Counted from the first letter of the stretch, positions 39,408-60,732 are shown. The stretch is 64,000 bases of DNA from Tubulanus polymorphus (GCF_964204645.1 NC_134027.1:10324485-10388484), one strand, 5' to 3'. Translations and numbers: made by a program. The notes: a model not told the origin generated them from the sequence alone.

Positions 39408-40560
39408 TTTTTGCAAAACGACAGTTGACTGAATGCCTCATTCGTAGCCAAAACACAGCGCTAACAATAAAACTATTTCACAACGAAATATTAGTTCTAT
39501 CAATTACACACACATTCAACCACTAAATAATATCTAGGGTCGCGTTTCAAAGTCGAGTTTTTACATAAAAATAGATTTAGATAAAATTAGATAAATGTAT
39601 TTTACACAATCTTGATTTCATTCGCGCTACGGCATCTATTTCCATGTCAATAAAACTACATGTTCAGTGAACCCGCTAATGTATACGTGGACAAAAATTT
39701 CGACTTACAGTTTAGACTTTCCCAATCGTTGAACAGGGGTTCGATTGCAGCTACGCTTCATCAAGATCGTCGAACATTTGGCAGTGGTAGCATAATAAAC
39801 TTTTATGTAACTAACTGCTCTCCAGTTATGTCAGCAAACAGACCTTTACTAATCCTAATCGACTGCAACTACCTAGCGACGACGGTACCATTAGGCTCCT
39901 CTCTTACTAACCTGAACAGCACCCCCTTACCCGCGAACCACACCGTCGGCGTACCAAATCCAGATCCAGATCGAGTCATGTGGCGTTGCGGGGGGGGGGG
40001 GGGGGGGAATTTGGCGTGATTTGTGAAAGTTAGAACAGTAAACTCCGCTCGTGGTAATTTATCAGACTTCAGTGATATCCGAGTAAGATGTCATAATATA
40101 TTTCATGCATTGTCACAAAAACATTACGGGGTTTACCGCAGGTATAGTGCAAACCTGGCAGAAACCTTGCTACGATTGCAATTAATTTCAATACAATGTG
40201 TAACTGTTAGATATCGGTAGGACACAAGATGCAACGAATTTCTGCTACAAATGATAAACAAACGAGATTACTTACTTCGAAATACTTCACATCATTTTGC
40301 ATTCAAGATCAAAATGTTTCTCTTCAAAATGACGTTATAGTGCATATCAAATAATCATCAGAAAATCAAAACATTTCAATACTTCCAATTTCAATTCAAT
40401 GGCTTATACATCATAACTTGCATAATTTGAAAATTGAGCCCAACGATTTGAACAATTCCGAACTACTACCGGTATTTCATACATTTTTCAAAATAAATGC
40501 ATGATATATTTACAAATTATATTTACAACAACCAAATTCAATGTATCAAATGTCAATGTG

Positions 40561-48216
<7,656 letters not shown>

Positions 48217-48478
48217 GATATGCGTTAAATGACAAATTCAGACGGCAAAATCGCAGCTACGCCTTATAACTATTTGTTCAATTACTACGGAAGAAAGCAA
48301 GAAAGGCCGAACCGTGAATAGGATATAATAGTAAAGTTAAATTGAATTTGATTGTTACCCACAACGCCCTTGAATCGCGAAAACCAATATGTCAGCCTCC
48401 ATGAAAAAGCGGGTCGATTAAAAAACCACAAAATTAGCTAATTGATAATTGAACAGACCCTGCATCTGCATGTCAAAG
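48217..48478. promoter_or_regulatory. Probable bidirectional promoter / first non-coding exon between DHX35 and LSM10-SHQ1
   Basis: Short CpG-retaining interval between divergent genes, with a plus-strand donor AAG|GTAGGT at 48479. Confidence 0.5.
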
Positions 48479-48842
48479 GTAGGTCTATTAGCTTAGATTT
48501 ATATATATGAGAAATTATCATTTCGAATTCTGCAATAAATCTTGGACTAAAATTTAAGTGAAAATGTTGTTCCATTTTCTTCCCTTCACTTGGGCCTTCT
48601 TGTAGACTTCCCCTTCCTCTAGCATGCCTAGTCCACTCTCTCTAGTCTAACTATTCCTCCTACCCATTCTCCATTCCAGAGACACGCTGCTCTCATTGAA
48701 ATTAAATTTGAATCGATTAGTGGTCGACAAGGATTATCGCGGAAAAGATAGACTCTTCATTTCTTCGAAAAAAAACGCCAACTTCCAAATAGGTACATTA
48801 AACAACCTTTTTTACTCCTCCTCATCTGAAAATGCAATAAAA

Positions 48843-49391
48843 ATGCCGCTCGAAGATTTACCGACTTTGCGCGAGAAGGTTATCGTCCAGAATTCGTTGC
48901 TCTGTCTGTTGAAAGGAATTCAAGGTCGAATAACCGTCGTCGAATTGCGCAACGAAAGCGAGGTGTGCGGGCGTATCGATTACGTCGACGCCTTCATGAA
49001 CACTAACATGTCGAATGTCGTATTTTCGGACCCGTTCGGCAAAGAAACGAAAATGGACGTCTTCTACGTGCGAGGGAAGAATATCCGCTACGTGCAAATA
49101 CCCGACGACGTCAACATTTTGCAGACGATCAAACAGACGCTGGACGGTCCCGGTAGACAAATGCGCTTGCGCAACAAACCGAAGGAAACGGTCGTTATGG
49201 ATAAAAGAAGCGATCATCCGTACGGACCGGCGCAGAATAAGTTGCGCCAGTCAAAAGAGGCAGCGCAGAAACGCGGACAAGCCTATCTAGCGGAGCTACT
49301 CGAAAAAAAGCGAATCGCAAAATTGACGGAAAAAACTGAGAAGGAAAAGTCTACTCCAGCGACGGAATCTGCGAAAACCGACGATGTCTGA
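48843..49391 (+). CDS. LSM10: U7 snRNP-specific Sm-like protein LSm10
   Basis: NSLLCLLKGIQGRITVVELRNESEVCGRIDYVDAFMN...FYVRGKNIRYVQIPD matches the LSm10 Sm1/Sm2 motifs. The first ATG is at 48843 and there is a long basic C-terminal tail. Confidence 0.92.
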   Translation: MPLEDLPTLREKVIVQNSLLCLLKGIQGRITVVELRNESEVCGRIDYVDAFMNTNMSNVVFSDPFGKETKMDVFYVRGKNIRYVQIPDDVNILQTIKQTLDGPGRQMRLRNKPKETVVMDKRSDHPYGPAQNKLRQSKEAAQKRGQAYLAELLEKKRIAKLTEKTEKEKSTPATESAKTDDV

Positions 49392-50705
49392 TCGTTCGTT
49401 AACTTTTCTTACGGACAGGGTTGCCAGCTAGACTGAAAACCTCAATTGAAAAAATTTGCAAAAGCTCCTTTTGTCAAAAAGTCTATGAAATTTGCTCAAA
49501 AGGGTCCTTAGAAATATGCAAGGTTTATTTAGATGTGTGGTGACAATGATAAGTTGAATTGAATAAATTATATACAGTAGCCTAAAAGTCCTTTATAATG
49601 CCGCTGCCAGGACCAATGGAAAACATGGCGTTATATTGAAAAATGTAAGCCTTACGTGAGCAATGGCATTAAAAAGGATGACATGACAAACTTTGACCGT
49701 ATATCATTTTACAAGTGGCCTACTTACTTTTTGCGATAATGGTTGTGATTGCTGTGCGATTTTAATGGGTGAATAACTTTGCTAAAATTGCTTACTTTTG
49801 GGCAAGAAAGCTGTTTACTACAGACATAATCTTAACTGACAACCCTGTCGTTGATATCAACTGAATTGAGTTGCGTTTGCATTTGCCGGTACATTAATCA
49901 TTTTGATTTACTGAAACTTTTGTATTTGCCTTATCAATCAAAAATAAACATTTGTGCCTATAATCTAACAAAGAGTGCCTGATCATTATATTCAAGTTAT
50001 GGTATTTACTACGTCGGACTCTCCCTGTGGAGTTATTAATGCTGGTATCAATCTGCAGCCTGGATCCACCAACCCATTGCTATCAGAGATTCACCGTTTT
50101 AGTGTGAAGTTTTGATGTATGGTGATAGAATTTAACTGATTTCTGGTATTTGAAGTCCATTTGTTTGGTCGTGTCTGAGGTGAGGTCTGAAGACTGGTAA
50201 AGTCTTGACGATCATAAATTATAAGAATGGTGATAATTTATCAAATAATTGAGGCCAGGGGAAGGTAGCATATTGATATTGTGTACTGTAAGCACCTATC
50301 CACTGTGTAAGCACCTATACCAGTGAATTGGTTGCAAGGTAAACGTTATCATCTCATCGCTGAATCATTTGGGGTCATCGGTATTGGCTCCTGTATAGTG
50401 TGCAGTTCGAAAAACCTATTGATGTACATCTTTGAAGTTACGCTCACAGTTGTGTTGCCATCAGTACACACTTGAACAAAAAGATTCTTTTATGAGCTTC
50501 AAGGATCTAAACATCTTTTGTCTGGAAGTTAATACGTGTCCACGCAGGTTTAAATTGTATCTGGAGAAAACACTAGCTTTCTTTCATTTTGATGGGGAAA
50601 AATCAAAACAATGCCGCAGAAACTTGAGTCAGTCATTCTCGTTTTTTAAAACTAATCTATGAAAAGGGATGTTTTGTGTTTTCTATCATTACAGGCTGAA
50701 CAAAA

Positions 50706-53700
50706 ATGTTGACCCCCGCGTTTGAAATATCTCAAGATGAACATTTCTTGACGATAATCATTAAATGTCCCATGTCAAAAGTGAGTAGATATATTGTTAT
50801 CTTCAATATCTTAGTGAGATCCCACTTAACTCGACTGTTCAAATGATTTGTATTCCCGTAGACTCCTTATAAAATCATTACCTTCTCTTGGCAATAGGTC
50901 AAAGATACAGAAATATTCATGGAAGAAGATGAGTTCAAATTCTACTCAAAACCGTACTACCTTCGGTGAGTTGGAGTTATAAGTGCTGGATTTGATAGAC
51001 CAAACCCAGGACCCGGTTCCACGGTTGTGAGTAAAGATTTGACTCAGAGCTAACTCATCGAAAATGAACTGCTTTTAACTTAAGATTTAACTCTAACTCA
51101 CAACTGTGGAACTGGATCCTGGGGCAGATCCATGTGGACAACCGTAATAAGACTTGTACAAGCAAGTCATTCAAATTTTTTTAGTGCCCTTTTTCATTTT
51201 TTCAACAAAGATAATTGGTGCATTGCAGTGCAGTATTGCCCCTGTTATTATTGCCGTTTTGGACATCTTAATTACCCTTTTGGGATGTGACAAGTCCTAT
51301 CTGATCTATATCTTTAAAGAGATGATGCTCAGCCACTTGTAATTCTTTGAAATGATTTCCATGCACATTATTAACAAAACGGTTACTTTGGTTATCTATT
51401 CTTAGACTTACTTTACCTGGAAAAATCATTGAAAATGGCAAAGAGAGCGCTAAATATGAAGCCGATATAGGTATGAGATATGGTCTAATTAAGGCCAGAT
51501 GTATTCAGCAGTATTGATTTGCATGCACTTAATGTATCAATTTACCATGTAGCAAATTTATCAATTGCCGACTTATTTATTGCAGCCAGTTACACGGTGA
51601 AAGTACCTAAACTGAATCCCGGTGAATATTTTGAAGGGTTAGATATGATAACCAAACTATTGGCGCCCAAAGGAAAAAGCACTGCTGCGGCTCCGCTTAT
51701 AGAGGTTCTAGGTACATATGAGTAACTGAAATTTATTAACAAGTATTATATTTCATAATGTATGTATGGAATGAACACTTAGTAGGCTTTATTTGAACAA
51801 ATGGTTTTAGAGAGTTCCTCGAATGCAGAATTCGATGACATAGATGAAGAAGATATCGATTGGCAAATCGAACAGATTCCATACGAGGTCATGGAGGAGG
51901 TGCTAACAACTGAAGGCTATTACTATGGATTTGCTCATCAACGCTCCGGTGTTTTTACTAGATTAAAAGTAGGCTCATGTCTGATTTGATGAATGTAATC
52001 AGTAGGCTCTGCACAAAGCAGAATTTTTAGGACCGTGAAAATTTGATTTATATCAACGTCTATATTTCATTCTGAATGATATATATTTAGAGAGATTATA
52101 GCTTGCTTAGAGTCAACTTGGATGACAAATTTCTGTAGTCAGGATTTTTTCTTTTTACCGCGTAGGAAGAATTTCATGAAGTGCTGGATATTCGCGATCC
52201 CGATGTAACGTCTTATACTACCCGTTGTGAGCTGCGTTTTGAGGATGAACAGCAAAAATTTGATCCAGAACATTACTTGTAAGTATGTCCTTTTAACGAC
52301 TTAAATCAAACTATTCATTATATTACAACCTGGATTTCACATCTCGAAAATTGACATGTAAGAATGTACAGTAAACCTCAGACAAACTTGGACCGGCAGA
52401 ATTGGTCCAAGGCAAGTGAAGTCCAAGTTAAGGATAGGAAAATATGTTAAAGATTCAGAAAAATGATTTGGTTTTCGGCTGAGTTAGTCAGAGGTCTGAG
52501 TTGGCCATGTCCGAGTATGGCAAGGTTTACTTTTGAATTATATGAAGATAGTTGAAATATGGTTATGTATATTGAATATTTTGAAACAATTTTTTTTTTG
52601 ACTTGATCGCGATACTTTATGCTACCAAATTCTAAAATCCATTCTGACATTGCTTTTATTCCTTCTTTTTAGAGCTGACCTATATGAAACCGATTGTATC
52701 GATGAGTTATTGAAGTATCGTGCTCCGTGGCAACTTTTGAAAGCCTCCAAATCATGCGAAGGTGAAAAAATATATTTCATTTCAAATGCTGGATGTTTGT
52801 TTATGGGCAAACAATGATCCGGTATTTGAAATGAATTTATTACTCTCACACCTTTATCCTCGAAACATTTTCTTTTCAGGTGGATATCAAAAAGCTTATA
52901 TAATTCTTTATTTTAATTATATCTTCATTTGGTAAACTAAGATCATTTTATCTGCCAAGGCATGTGCAGTCTAGTTATCGTAGCTATGTTGAAATGCTAT
53001 TTACTTCTTAAATATTCTCAGTGTTCTCCATATGCTGGAATTTTAAAGGGGCTGCATTCATTGTTAAGTGTATGACATAGTGGCTGCTGAAGTAACAAGG
53101 CTTTCAATCCCCCCAAAAATACAGATAATTTTAGCTTCAGTTTGGTGTAATCTTCTACCATTTTTCACATAAGCTGAAAATATTTGAAAGCAATTATAAG
53201 CATTGATAGAAAATGATATCCATTCTGGTATGGACAGCAGATATTTTACGAGGGGTGGCCGATTCTCTCAAGACTGTTGGTTGCTAAAATGAAAAAGGGT
53301 AGCTGCCCCTCTGAAACTTGTTGTGGAGGATACTGCTTTGAATCATTTATTGTTTTCTATTTTTTTCAGTCTCGCTAACTGCTGAAGAAAAAGATATAAT
53401 GCGGAAGTTACCAGCCAAAGAATATATCCTTTTTATAAGGCCTTCAGATAACACGTCAATTGTATTGATAGAATTGGCAGTTTTTGTATGTTTTTTTTTA
53501 TGATGTGGTATTAATACTCTTCTTTAACTGATTATCCTACATCTGTTAGATAAACGTGATGTAATGTCCGTTTGGCTGGGACTCATCGATATAATATATG
53601 CGTACGCGTATAATTACCGCACCACAGAAGGGGAGAACAATGTGGAATCGGCGTGGACGCTTCGGAAATTGAGTGCAACACTCTCCTGGTTCGAGGTATG

Positions 53701-56047
53701 TCGTGCCTCTGCTCAATATTAATTACACAAGTTTACATCAGTATTAAACGTAGATTATTGCTTCTGTAGAGATTTACGAACATGAAACACGTCGTGATAT
53801 CCAGTACGCGCAGATCGTTGTGCTTTCCACTGCACAGAAACTGGAAATTGTCTCGGAAAATTTTGAAAGACACAAAGATCATATTTAGCCTAGGTTAGTG
53901 TGAAATTTTAATGGGTTTGCCATGGATGAACTTTAGGAATTACTTTCTTTTATTCTTTTTCTCTTGTGTCTAATTTTGGATCTTGCATTTTTCTTCAGGG
54001 AGGAAATATTTATTAAAATGTTTACTGGATATCCATCAGATATTGTGTCACAGTGAATCGTACTACATTCTGAATGATTTGTATATCACAGATTATTGTG
54101 TGTGGATCCAGTCTGCAAGGTTAGCCACATTATATCCTAGTACTTGGCTGTTTAATCTGAACTGACACAAAACTGAAGATTGTTATTGGTTCTCGGGCTT
54201 CCATTAGGAGACCCTTATTTTCGTACTGTGTGTACTGTGTGTCTTCCACTAACTTAGCTTCGTTAATAGTAGCCGATCTTGAAGTAAAATCTGTACAATG
54301 TTAGTACCTGGGTCTAGTTGTGGAGTGCAAATAATGGGCCCAGGGTGTCACCTAGTGACGGAACAAGGCTCTAAACACTATATTTTCATGACCTTAAAGA
54401 TGACCTCATAACTGAGGAACCGAGTCAAAATTCAAAAATTTGTCTCGTCAAAATTTAGCTATCGGGCCTAGATACAACAACATCCAAAAATGCAATGGGA
54501 ACTAATGCATCGCAATTTCAGAGTTCGATCCGGAGCCCGAGAACCGTTTTCGCCTATGGCTTGTTTCTTTTATTCTCAGTGTGAAGAAACTCGATTCACT
54601 GACGAGAAGTTTGATGAAGGTGAAAATGGACAAAGACGAAGTAGGATTGAATCTGATGGAACTCGAGAATGAAGCGGATTCCGCATTACAGAGTAGTACG
54701 ACTGATAGCGTGCAGACACAACTCGGTCAGCTTTCTATATCAGAGCAGGTACGTAAAGCCAAGCGTAGGTCAGCCTTGCGACGCGACGCGATCGTCGCGT
54801 TGCGTCACAAGTGGCCGCGCAAGTCGGTTGCGATGCGGTTGTCAGCGACTGTGTGCGACTAGTTGCTGTCAGTTGCAACAGCACGCAGGTCGGTTGCGAC
54901 GGTCGCGTCGCGTCGCAGAAAGTAGAACATGTGCGACTCATTGTGACTGGCGTCGCTGACAGTCGCAAGGTAGCGTAGGTCGGTGAGTCGTTGCGATGCG
55001 ATCGTCGCGTCGCAGTGAGTCGCAAGCCGTCGCAAGGCCGACCTACGCCCGCCTTAATAAATGAAAATCAATTTTAAGGTGTTAATGCCTGGAATAGGTG
55101 TCGGGTGATGTGCTTTTACTCAATCAGCAACGGTGGGAATACAGAATAGAGACCAAAAATTGCTACTGCTGCTTATTTGAGTGTGCTTGAAACTAGAATC
55201 CGAGCAGGATCAAGTGCGAGTCTCCGCCTTGCTAGACCATAATCCAGTAATCTCAATCCTAACGACCTGGGGCGTGTGCAGGAAAACCTTGTTAGCCTAA
55301 CCGTGGTTAGCGGCTTATCCATGGTTAGGCTAAGCAGATTGAAATTAGGCCACACGAAGACAATAGTAGCATTTTCCTGCACCAAATTTATGCCTAACCA
55401 GTTTGCTATCCACAGTTGGTGCTCACAGGGTTTTCCTGTGCTGGACGCGTAGTTAGTAAATTAATTGCAGAGTTTACCTAAGCTTGAATTAATTAACATG
55501 AACATTAATAATTTGTTTAATAATTCTACTACAGAACTTGCGTGATGACAATCCTGGAATTTGTGTAGCTGTTGCCAATCTGAATGTAAATGATGGGGAC
55601 GAGTCTAGCGACACTGACTCTACGTCTACCAGTGATGACTCTGATAGCGATGATGATAGTAGTAGCTGTAATAGTGACGTCGATTCCAATATTCCTATTC
55701 GCGAACCCGAAACCGTTTCTACCGCCGACAAGGCATTGCCTAGGGGCAATATCGAAAAGAAACTTGTCGAAGTTATACAGGAAATTGTCTCGACGAATAA
55801 CGATGGTGAACATCGCGATGAACTCATTGACGATTCTATAAATTCCGTTGATAAAAGATCAGATGATAAGGACAATGTCGTCTGTCCTAGACTGTTAGAT
55901 AGTTCAGATGGACAAATCCAGCGAACAAACTGCGACGATTATTTTGTCGAATTGCCAGCACATGGCGACGATTTCAAGCAGATTGACAGTGCATCTGATT
56001 GTAAGAAACTAATAGAAGTCATCGATGAGGAGTCAAATGACTCTTAA
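50706..56047 (+). CDS. SHQ1: H/ACA RNP assembly factor SHQ1, multi-exon
   Basis: [100 protein letters not shown] and [16 protein letters not shown], ending in an acidic last exon. Confidence 0.95.
51009..51119. mobile_element. MITE (PIF/Harbinger-like ends)
   Basis: TIRs ggacccggttccacggttgtgagt...actcacaactgtggaactggatcc. Confidence 0.75.
53424..53540 (+). other. U12-type (minor spliceosome) AT-AC intron in SHQ1
   Basis: 5' site ATATCCTTT, branch-like TTCTTTAAC ending 12 nt before the 3' end, terminal AC. Removing it restores KEY-LLDK in frame. Confidence 0.9.
54757..55054. mobile_element. GC-rich PIF/Harbinger-like MITE with TAA target duplication
   Basis: taa-AGCCAAGCGTAGGTCAGCCTTGCGACG...CGTCGCAAGGCCGACCTACGCCCGCCT-taa, with internal GTCGC/GCGAC repeats. 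Confidence 0.8.
55267..55450. mobile_element. MITE-like inverted-repeat element
   Basis: gcgtgtgcaggaaaaccttgt...acagggttttcctgtgctggacgc, with internal cctaacc/ggttagg palindromes. Confidence 0.55.
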
Positions 56048-56838
56048 TTCAATAAGCATATGTATTATTCATGAATAAACTGATTTGCTGTAATACATGT
56101 ACACTTAATCTGTCATTCGATACTGGTATGCGTTACACTAGACTCAAAATCTGTACTATAAGGCATTATAATGAGTTTGAAGGGTTCATGTCAGGTCACA
56201 GAGGAACCTTATTATAACAAACTTGGATGTACCGGGTAACGAACTTAGAATTTTGTCCCCAAGTAGAGGATAATTTTGATTTAACCGCTAATTTAATACT
56301 AGATATAAACTATCGGTTATAATGAACAGATTTTCTAGTCCCCTTTGAAGTTGTAACGAGGTTCCACTATGAATACAAGTTGTCATTAATGTTTATTCAT
56401 GACTGAAAAAATGGATTAAAGGATCCAGTTTTTGGAAGTAAAGCACTTCAATTTGAAGAAGGAATGGATGGAAGACAGAATGACTGCACCTGATAGTGTT
56501 AACTGGCCTGGTAGCTCATAATCAGCTAAAACTACAACAACATTTTTACTCCAGATAGAAAGGGAGTCAAAGAAATATGTGACTTATTCTTGTATATTTC
56601 ATAAAATTTAGATAAAGTCCTTCAATTCCAACACAAAATCAAAATAATGTCAATTTAAAACAAAGATAAGGAAAAACTAACATACTTGGTTTTAGTATAC
56701 CTATGCCGAGGTGAAGCATTAGAAGGCAATTTTAATATGATATAAGGCCAGAAGAATACCGAAAACTCTACTGTGCAACTGGTTTCTGATTGATCTAATT
56801 TACAAAATATCACAGACATAATAAATAAGTTGTTGTAG

Positions 56839-57004
56839 TACAGTAGACTCCGTTTACCCCAGCTTTGATAGCCTCGAATTATTGCATGCCCCAGACAATA
56901 TAATTTTTTAACAAATTTTCTTACTCCAATTCATTGTGATAATGACCTATCCTACTCCGACTTAATTGGTCCCGCAAAATGGGAGACGAGCAGAGTCTAC
57001 TGTA
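56839..57004. mobile_element. Tigger/pogo-like MITE
   Basis: TIRs TACAGTAGACTC...GAGTCTACTGTA. Confidence 0.65.
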
Positions 57005-57632
57005 TGTATATATATTGAAACAATGGAATAAATATGAAACCAAAAACCGACGAGAAATTTACTGAAGAGCAGATGAACTGAACACATTTGATACATGTTA
57101 AGTTTTTCACAATTACATTAGAACCTTGTAATAATAAATTCGGATAGAACGATTCACAGGCTACAACAGAAGCATAAAATTTGGACACAAATATAAAGAC
57201 AATTCTACTCGTCTCCTTACCAGATATAACAAACTTATGCTTATACTGAAATGATTTCGTAGACCCTGAAGGTTGTTATGAGGTTCGATCGTTGAAATAT
57301 TATCACAAATATTATCATAAGGATTGGAAGGATTTGTCAAATATTTATTTGAACTGTAGTGTAGTGGCAACTTCTTAGAACACGCTCAAATTAAAAATCC
57401 ACAAATTACCAATCTATAAATTTCTTTGAAGATCTCATCTTTACTTTTTTAATGGTAGGTAAAATATCATGATATACATATAGTTAGTTGAATCTGCTCG
57501 ATTCAGATCTGAATATCTATATCTTTCTGATGAAACTGTTCAACGCAGATATTTTCAAAAATGTTTCAATCTACCAGGTTACTGTAGTATATATACAATA
57601 AAGTCCAATCTGACAGCTCATTCCGCGAGCAG

Positions 57633-60119
57633 TTAGTTATTCCGCGAAGCTTGCAGAATGCGAAGAATGTACAGAAATAAGTTCAAAATGTCGAGATACA
57701 AGTTGATGGCGGCGCAAATGTATTCTTCCGGCGATAACTTGTGCATCATCATATTTGTGTCGAAGATTATGAACAGCGAGAAAAGAACGGCACCACCGAT
57801 CGAAAGGCCGAGCTCTAACATTTTGTTGTGTGGGAAGAACATCTGCAAAGACACGAAACTCATAAACATGGGCTGCTGTTTTATAGACGAGGTTTACAGG
57901 TAATTCAATGAGTTTAAGTTAGACAAGTTTCAAAATCCACTTTGGGCTTAACTCAAAGACTTAATAAAGTAAGATCAGTTCAAGCTTTAATACGGCACTT
58001 GTTAGCAAACCGTATATCGTTTTAAAGATAAAAATTGTTTAAACTAACCTGAATCAATCCAGCCAAGATCAACACCCACAATACGGCGAAAAGTCTGAAA
58101 ATTTTCAATGCAATAATCATGCATCAATATATCGATTATCATGGTCTTTATTGCAATTAAGGAACCCAATTCTTACTTACCCAGCTCCCCAACTACTGAA
58201 GTCCTTTTTGGATTGGAGGGTGTAAACAGTCAACGCGGAAGTTACTGCAAGTGTCAAAACGAACGCTTCTAATACTATCACCTTATCATAAAACGTCACT
58301 GTAATGATCAAATGAAAATGTAACTTAAAATAAAATTCAAAGAACATTCCACAAAGGCACTTTATTTTTTGTCAAGTTCACGAATAAAGAGAAAGAGTTA
58401 AATCATAGGATACTTTAGGTAACTTACCAATCGTTCCGATTAGATATGATTCCGCTAGTGTCTGCAAATAGATAAAAAATTTTCATTCTCGTGCGAGGAT
58501 TACGGAAATAGATCGAGAAATGCATTCGAAGTTAGAAACGTTTAGTGTTCAGTTAATCTATTTTCTGATTCTAGGATTCTGATACCCTATTTTCTATGCA
58601 ACAGACGACAAGAAAACACATCAGAAATAGGAAATAATTAGAAACAACTTTGACGATCACTTTTTTAATTGTGTCAATAGGAGAAGGCCTGGAAAATTCC
58701 AATTTTCCAAAACTTTCCGAAACCTGTTGTAAGAACCCTGGATAAAGGAATGAAAGTCTGAGGAGATGGTCCAGGCTGCACATCGACGATGCCTACGTGA
58801 CTCTTCAATATTTCAATCAAGTTTCTTAGTAATGTATCAAATAATCTACTTACAAAGGCGGCGAGTAGAATGTAGTTTGTTGGAGTTTCATTCCGTTTCA
58901 GCATTAACGCAAAAATCAATACGAATGTCAGCAGCATAGCAGACATCAATGGAAGCTGACTGAAAAAAAAACAACAAATCAAATTTGACCAATGCAAGTT
59001 GATTTTGAGTGTTTCTGAAAAGAGATTTTTTCATACATGTAATAACAGCCAGCCATGCTATTAGATATACAGTAAACCCATTTAAATTCGGTCATTCCAT
59101 TGGTAATTGAAGAAGTAACTCAATTCGAATTGTATGTATATGATAAAATTTATTATTTTAAAACCACAACGTTTTGGCTGTTGACAAACAGCCATCATCA
59201 GGTGTTTTAAAAGCCTCAGTCAAAATATTTTCGATTATCTACAGTGTACATGGATTAGAGTGTTTCATTCGACTACTATCGTTCTGTTGGTATTCAGCCT
59301 GTACTAATCCTGATTCATTCCCTCCGTCCCAAATGATTTGATTTACCGGTAAGCAGGGTTTGCTGTAACTAATATAAGGCCAGACAAAAATTCATAGCTT
59401 GTTTCTCATCCAATTCTTGAAACAACTCAAAACCTTTAAGGCCAATCAATCATCCACCTACCTGTGTTGCACAAAATTTTTTACAGGTTCGCAGAACATG
59501 AAGAATGCCCCGACGAGGGTTGTCACTAGTAACTGAACTGACAAAATGCCATACACCTTCCTCAGGAAGCCTGAAAATTTAAAAAAAATTAAACTATAAA
59601 TAGAAGCATAAGAATTTCTATACCCGTATTTTCCATAATGATTTTTAGAAATTCTTTAATAGAGAGAGTTCATATAACATCATTATCCATTGTAACATTA
59701 TTTCTAGCCCACTTGGTATTCAAGTCCAAGTGGGCTATTGCATTCTTATTTTAAAATATAAAAAAAAATCCAGGTGGGCGCTAAATTCGTTGCAGGTGCT
59801 GATGAGAATCAAGTAATTCAATTTATTTCAAATGGTTTAAAAATTGGATATACTCCAAATCATTGGCTACCAGGCTAATCCACACATGCTTCATCAAAAA
59901 TAAGCTAAAGCCATCTGGTACAAGGCGTGGTTATGCATAATATCTGGCAGTGAAAGGGTCCACGGCTTACCCATGGAACTTACCCATTCGTATATATATA
60001 TGACATTGCGCAACATTTGATCCATACATGAAATCGTCAACGATCGAAGATCCGGACGTTGTCCCTGTTTTACTTTTATCCGGATGATCGTCTTGCAACA
60101 ACGGATTGCTTCCGAACAT
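57633..60119 (-). CDS. TMBIM4: Protein lifeguard 4 / GAAP (Bax inhibitor-1 family), multi-exon
   Basis: [55 protein letters not shown] and [34 protein letters not shown]. Confidence 0.93.
59156..59209 (-). ncRNA. Degenerate minimal hammerhead ribozyme of the Penelope-like-element type
   Basis: The minus strand reads aaaacac-CTGATGA-t-GGCTGTT-tgtc-AACAGCC-aAAAC-gttgtggtttta. The core and stem II are present, but GAAA is mutated to AAAA. Confidence 0.5.
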
Positions 60120-60732
60120 GATGATATTTGTTGTTTTCACTAGGCTACTTATCCAATCACACCTAAAATAAAGTGATAACATAGGTGCTGAATAACATAT
60201 TGAATTGATTAGTTATCCCAATTTTAATTGATTGGATAGGCTTCTAAAATAGCGAATTCCAAGGAGGTGGGATATCTAGTCGCGGGTTGCTCTGGGGCCA
60301 GGGGATGTTCCAACATCCACCAGGTCCAATAGACCAACAAAATTAGGTTTATGGTAAGCCCGTAACGAAACCCCCGTTGTAGCACTTTAAAATATATAAA
60401 ATAATCTAAATTACCTTCCTGTTCCTGACAATCACCTTGCAATAATCAAGTTTGCTGTCAGTTCCGCGAGAGGTCTAATAATATTGTGGTTTGTCATGGC
60501 GCTGGCCACGTAAAGTCTCATCACTAATCCTATATACCGAAACGGCGTTAAAATTTCTTCATGGATTTTTGTCGATATACCTTATAAAGCACAATACATA
60601 TTCAGAAATATTAATTACTTATTTTACTTGTATTCTATCTGAAAAAGTATTCCTCTAAAGCTACTAAGCTAAATAAAATCTCTTACCCACATTTCGTAGA
60701 CTCGTCTTCACAGTTCCTGGATGTGGAGCAAT

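Noticed and set aside
39660-40019. 119-aa ORF ending in poly-Gly
   Set aside because: No recognisable motif, and the Gly run comes from a G homopolymer.
48696-48842. N-terminal extension of LSM10 in the ORF track
   Set aside because: It starts at a TTG; the first ATG at 48843 fits the known LSm10 N-terminus.
54581-55025. Arg/Cys/Thr-rich ORFs on both strands
   Set aside because: They are read-through from a SHQ1 exon into a GC-rich MITE.
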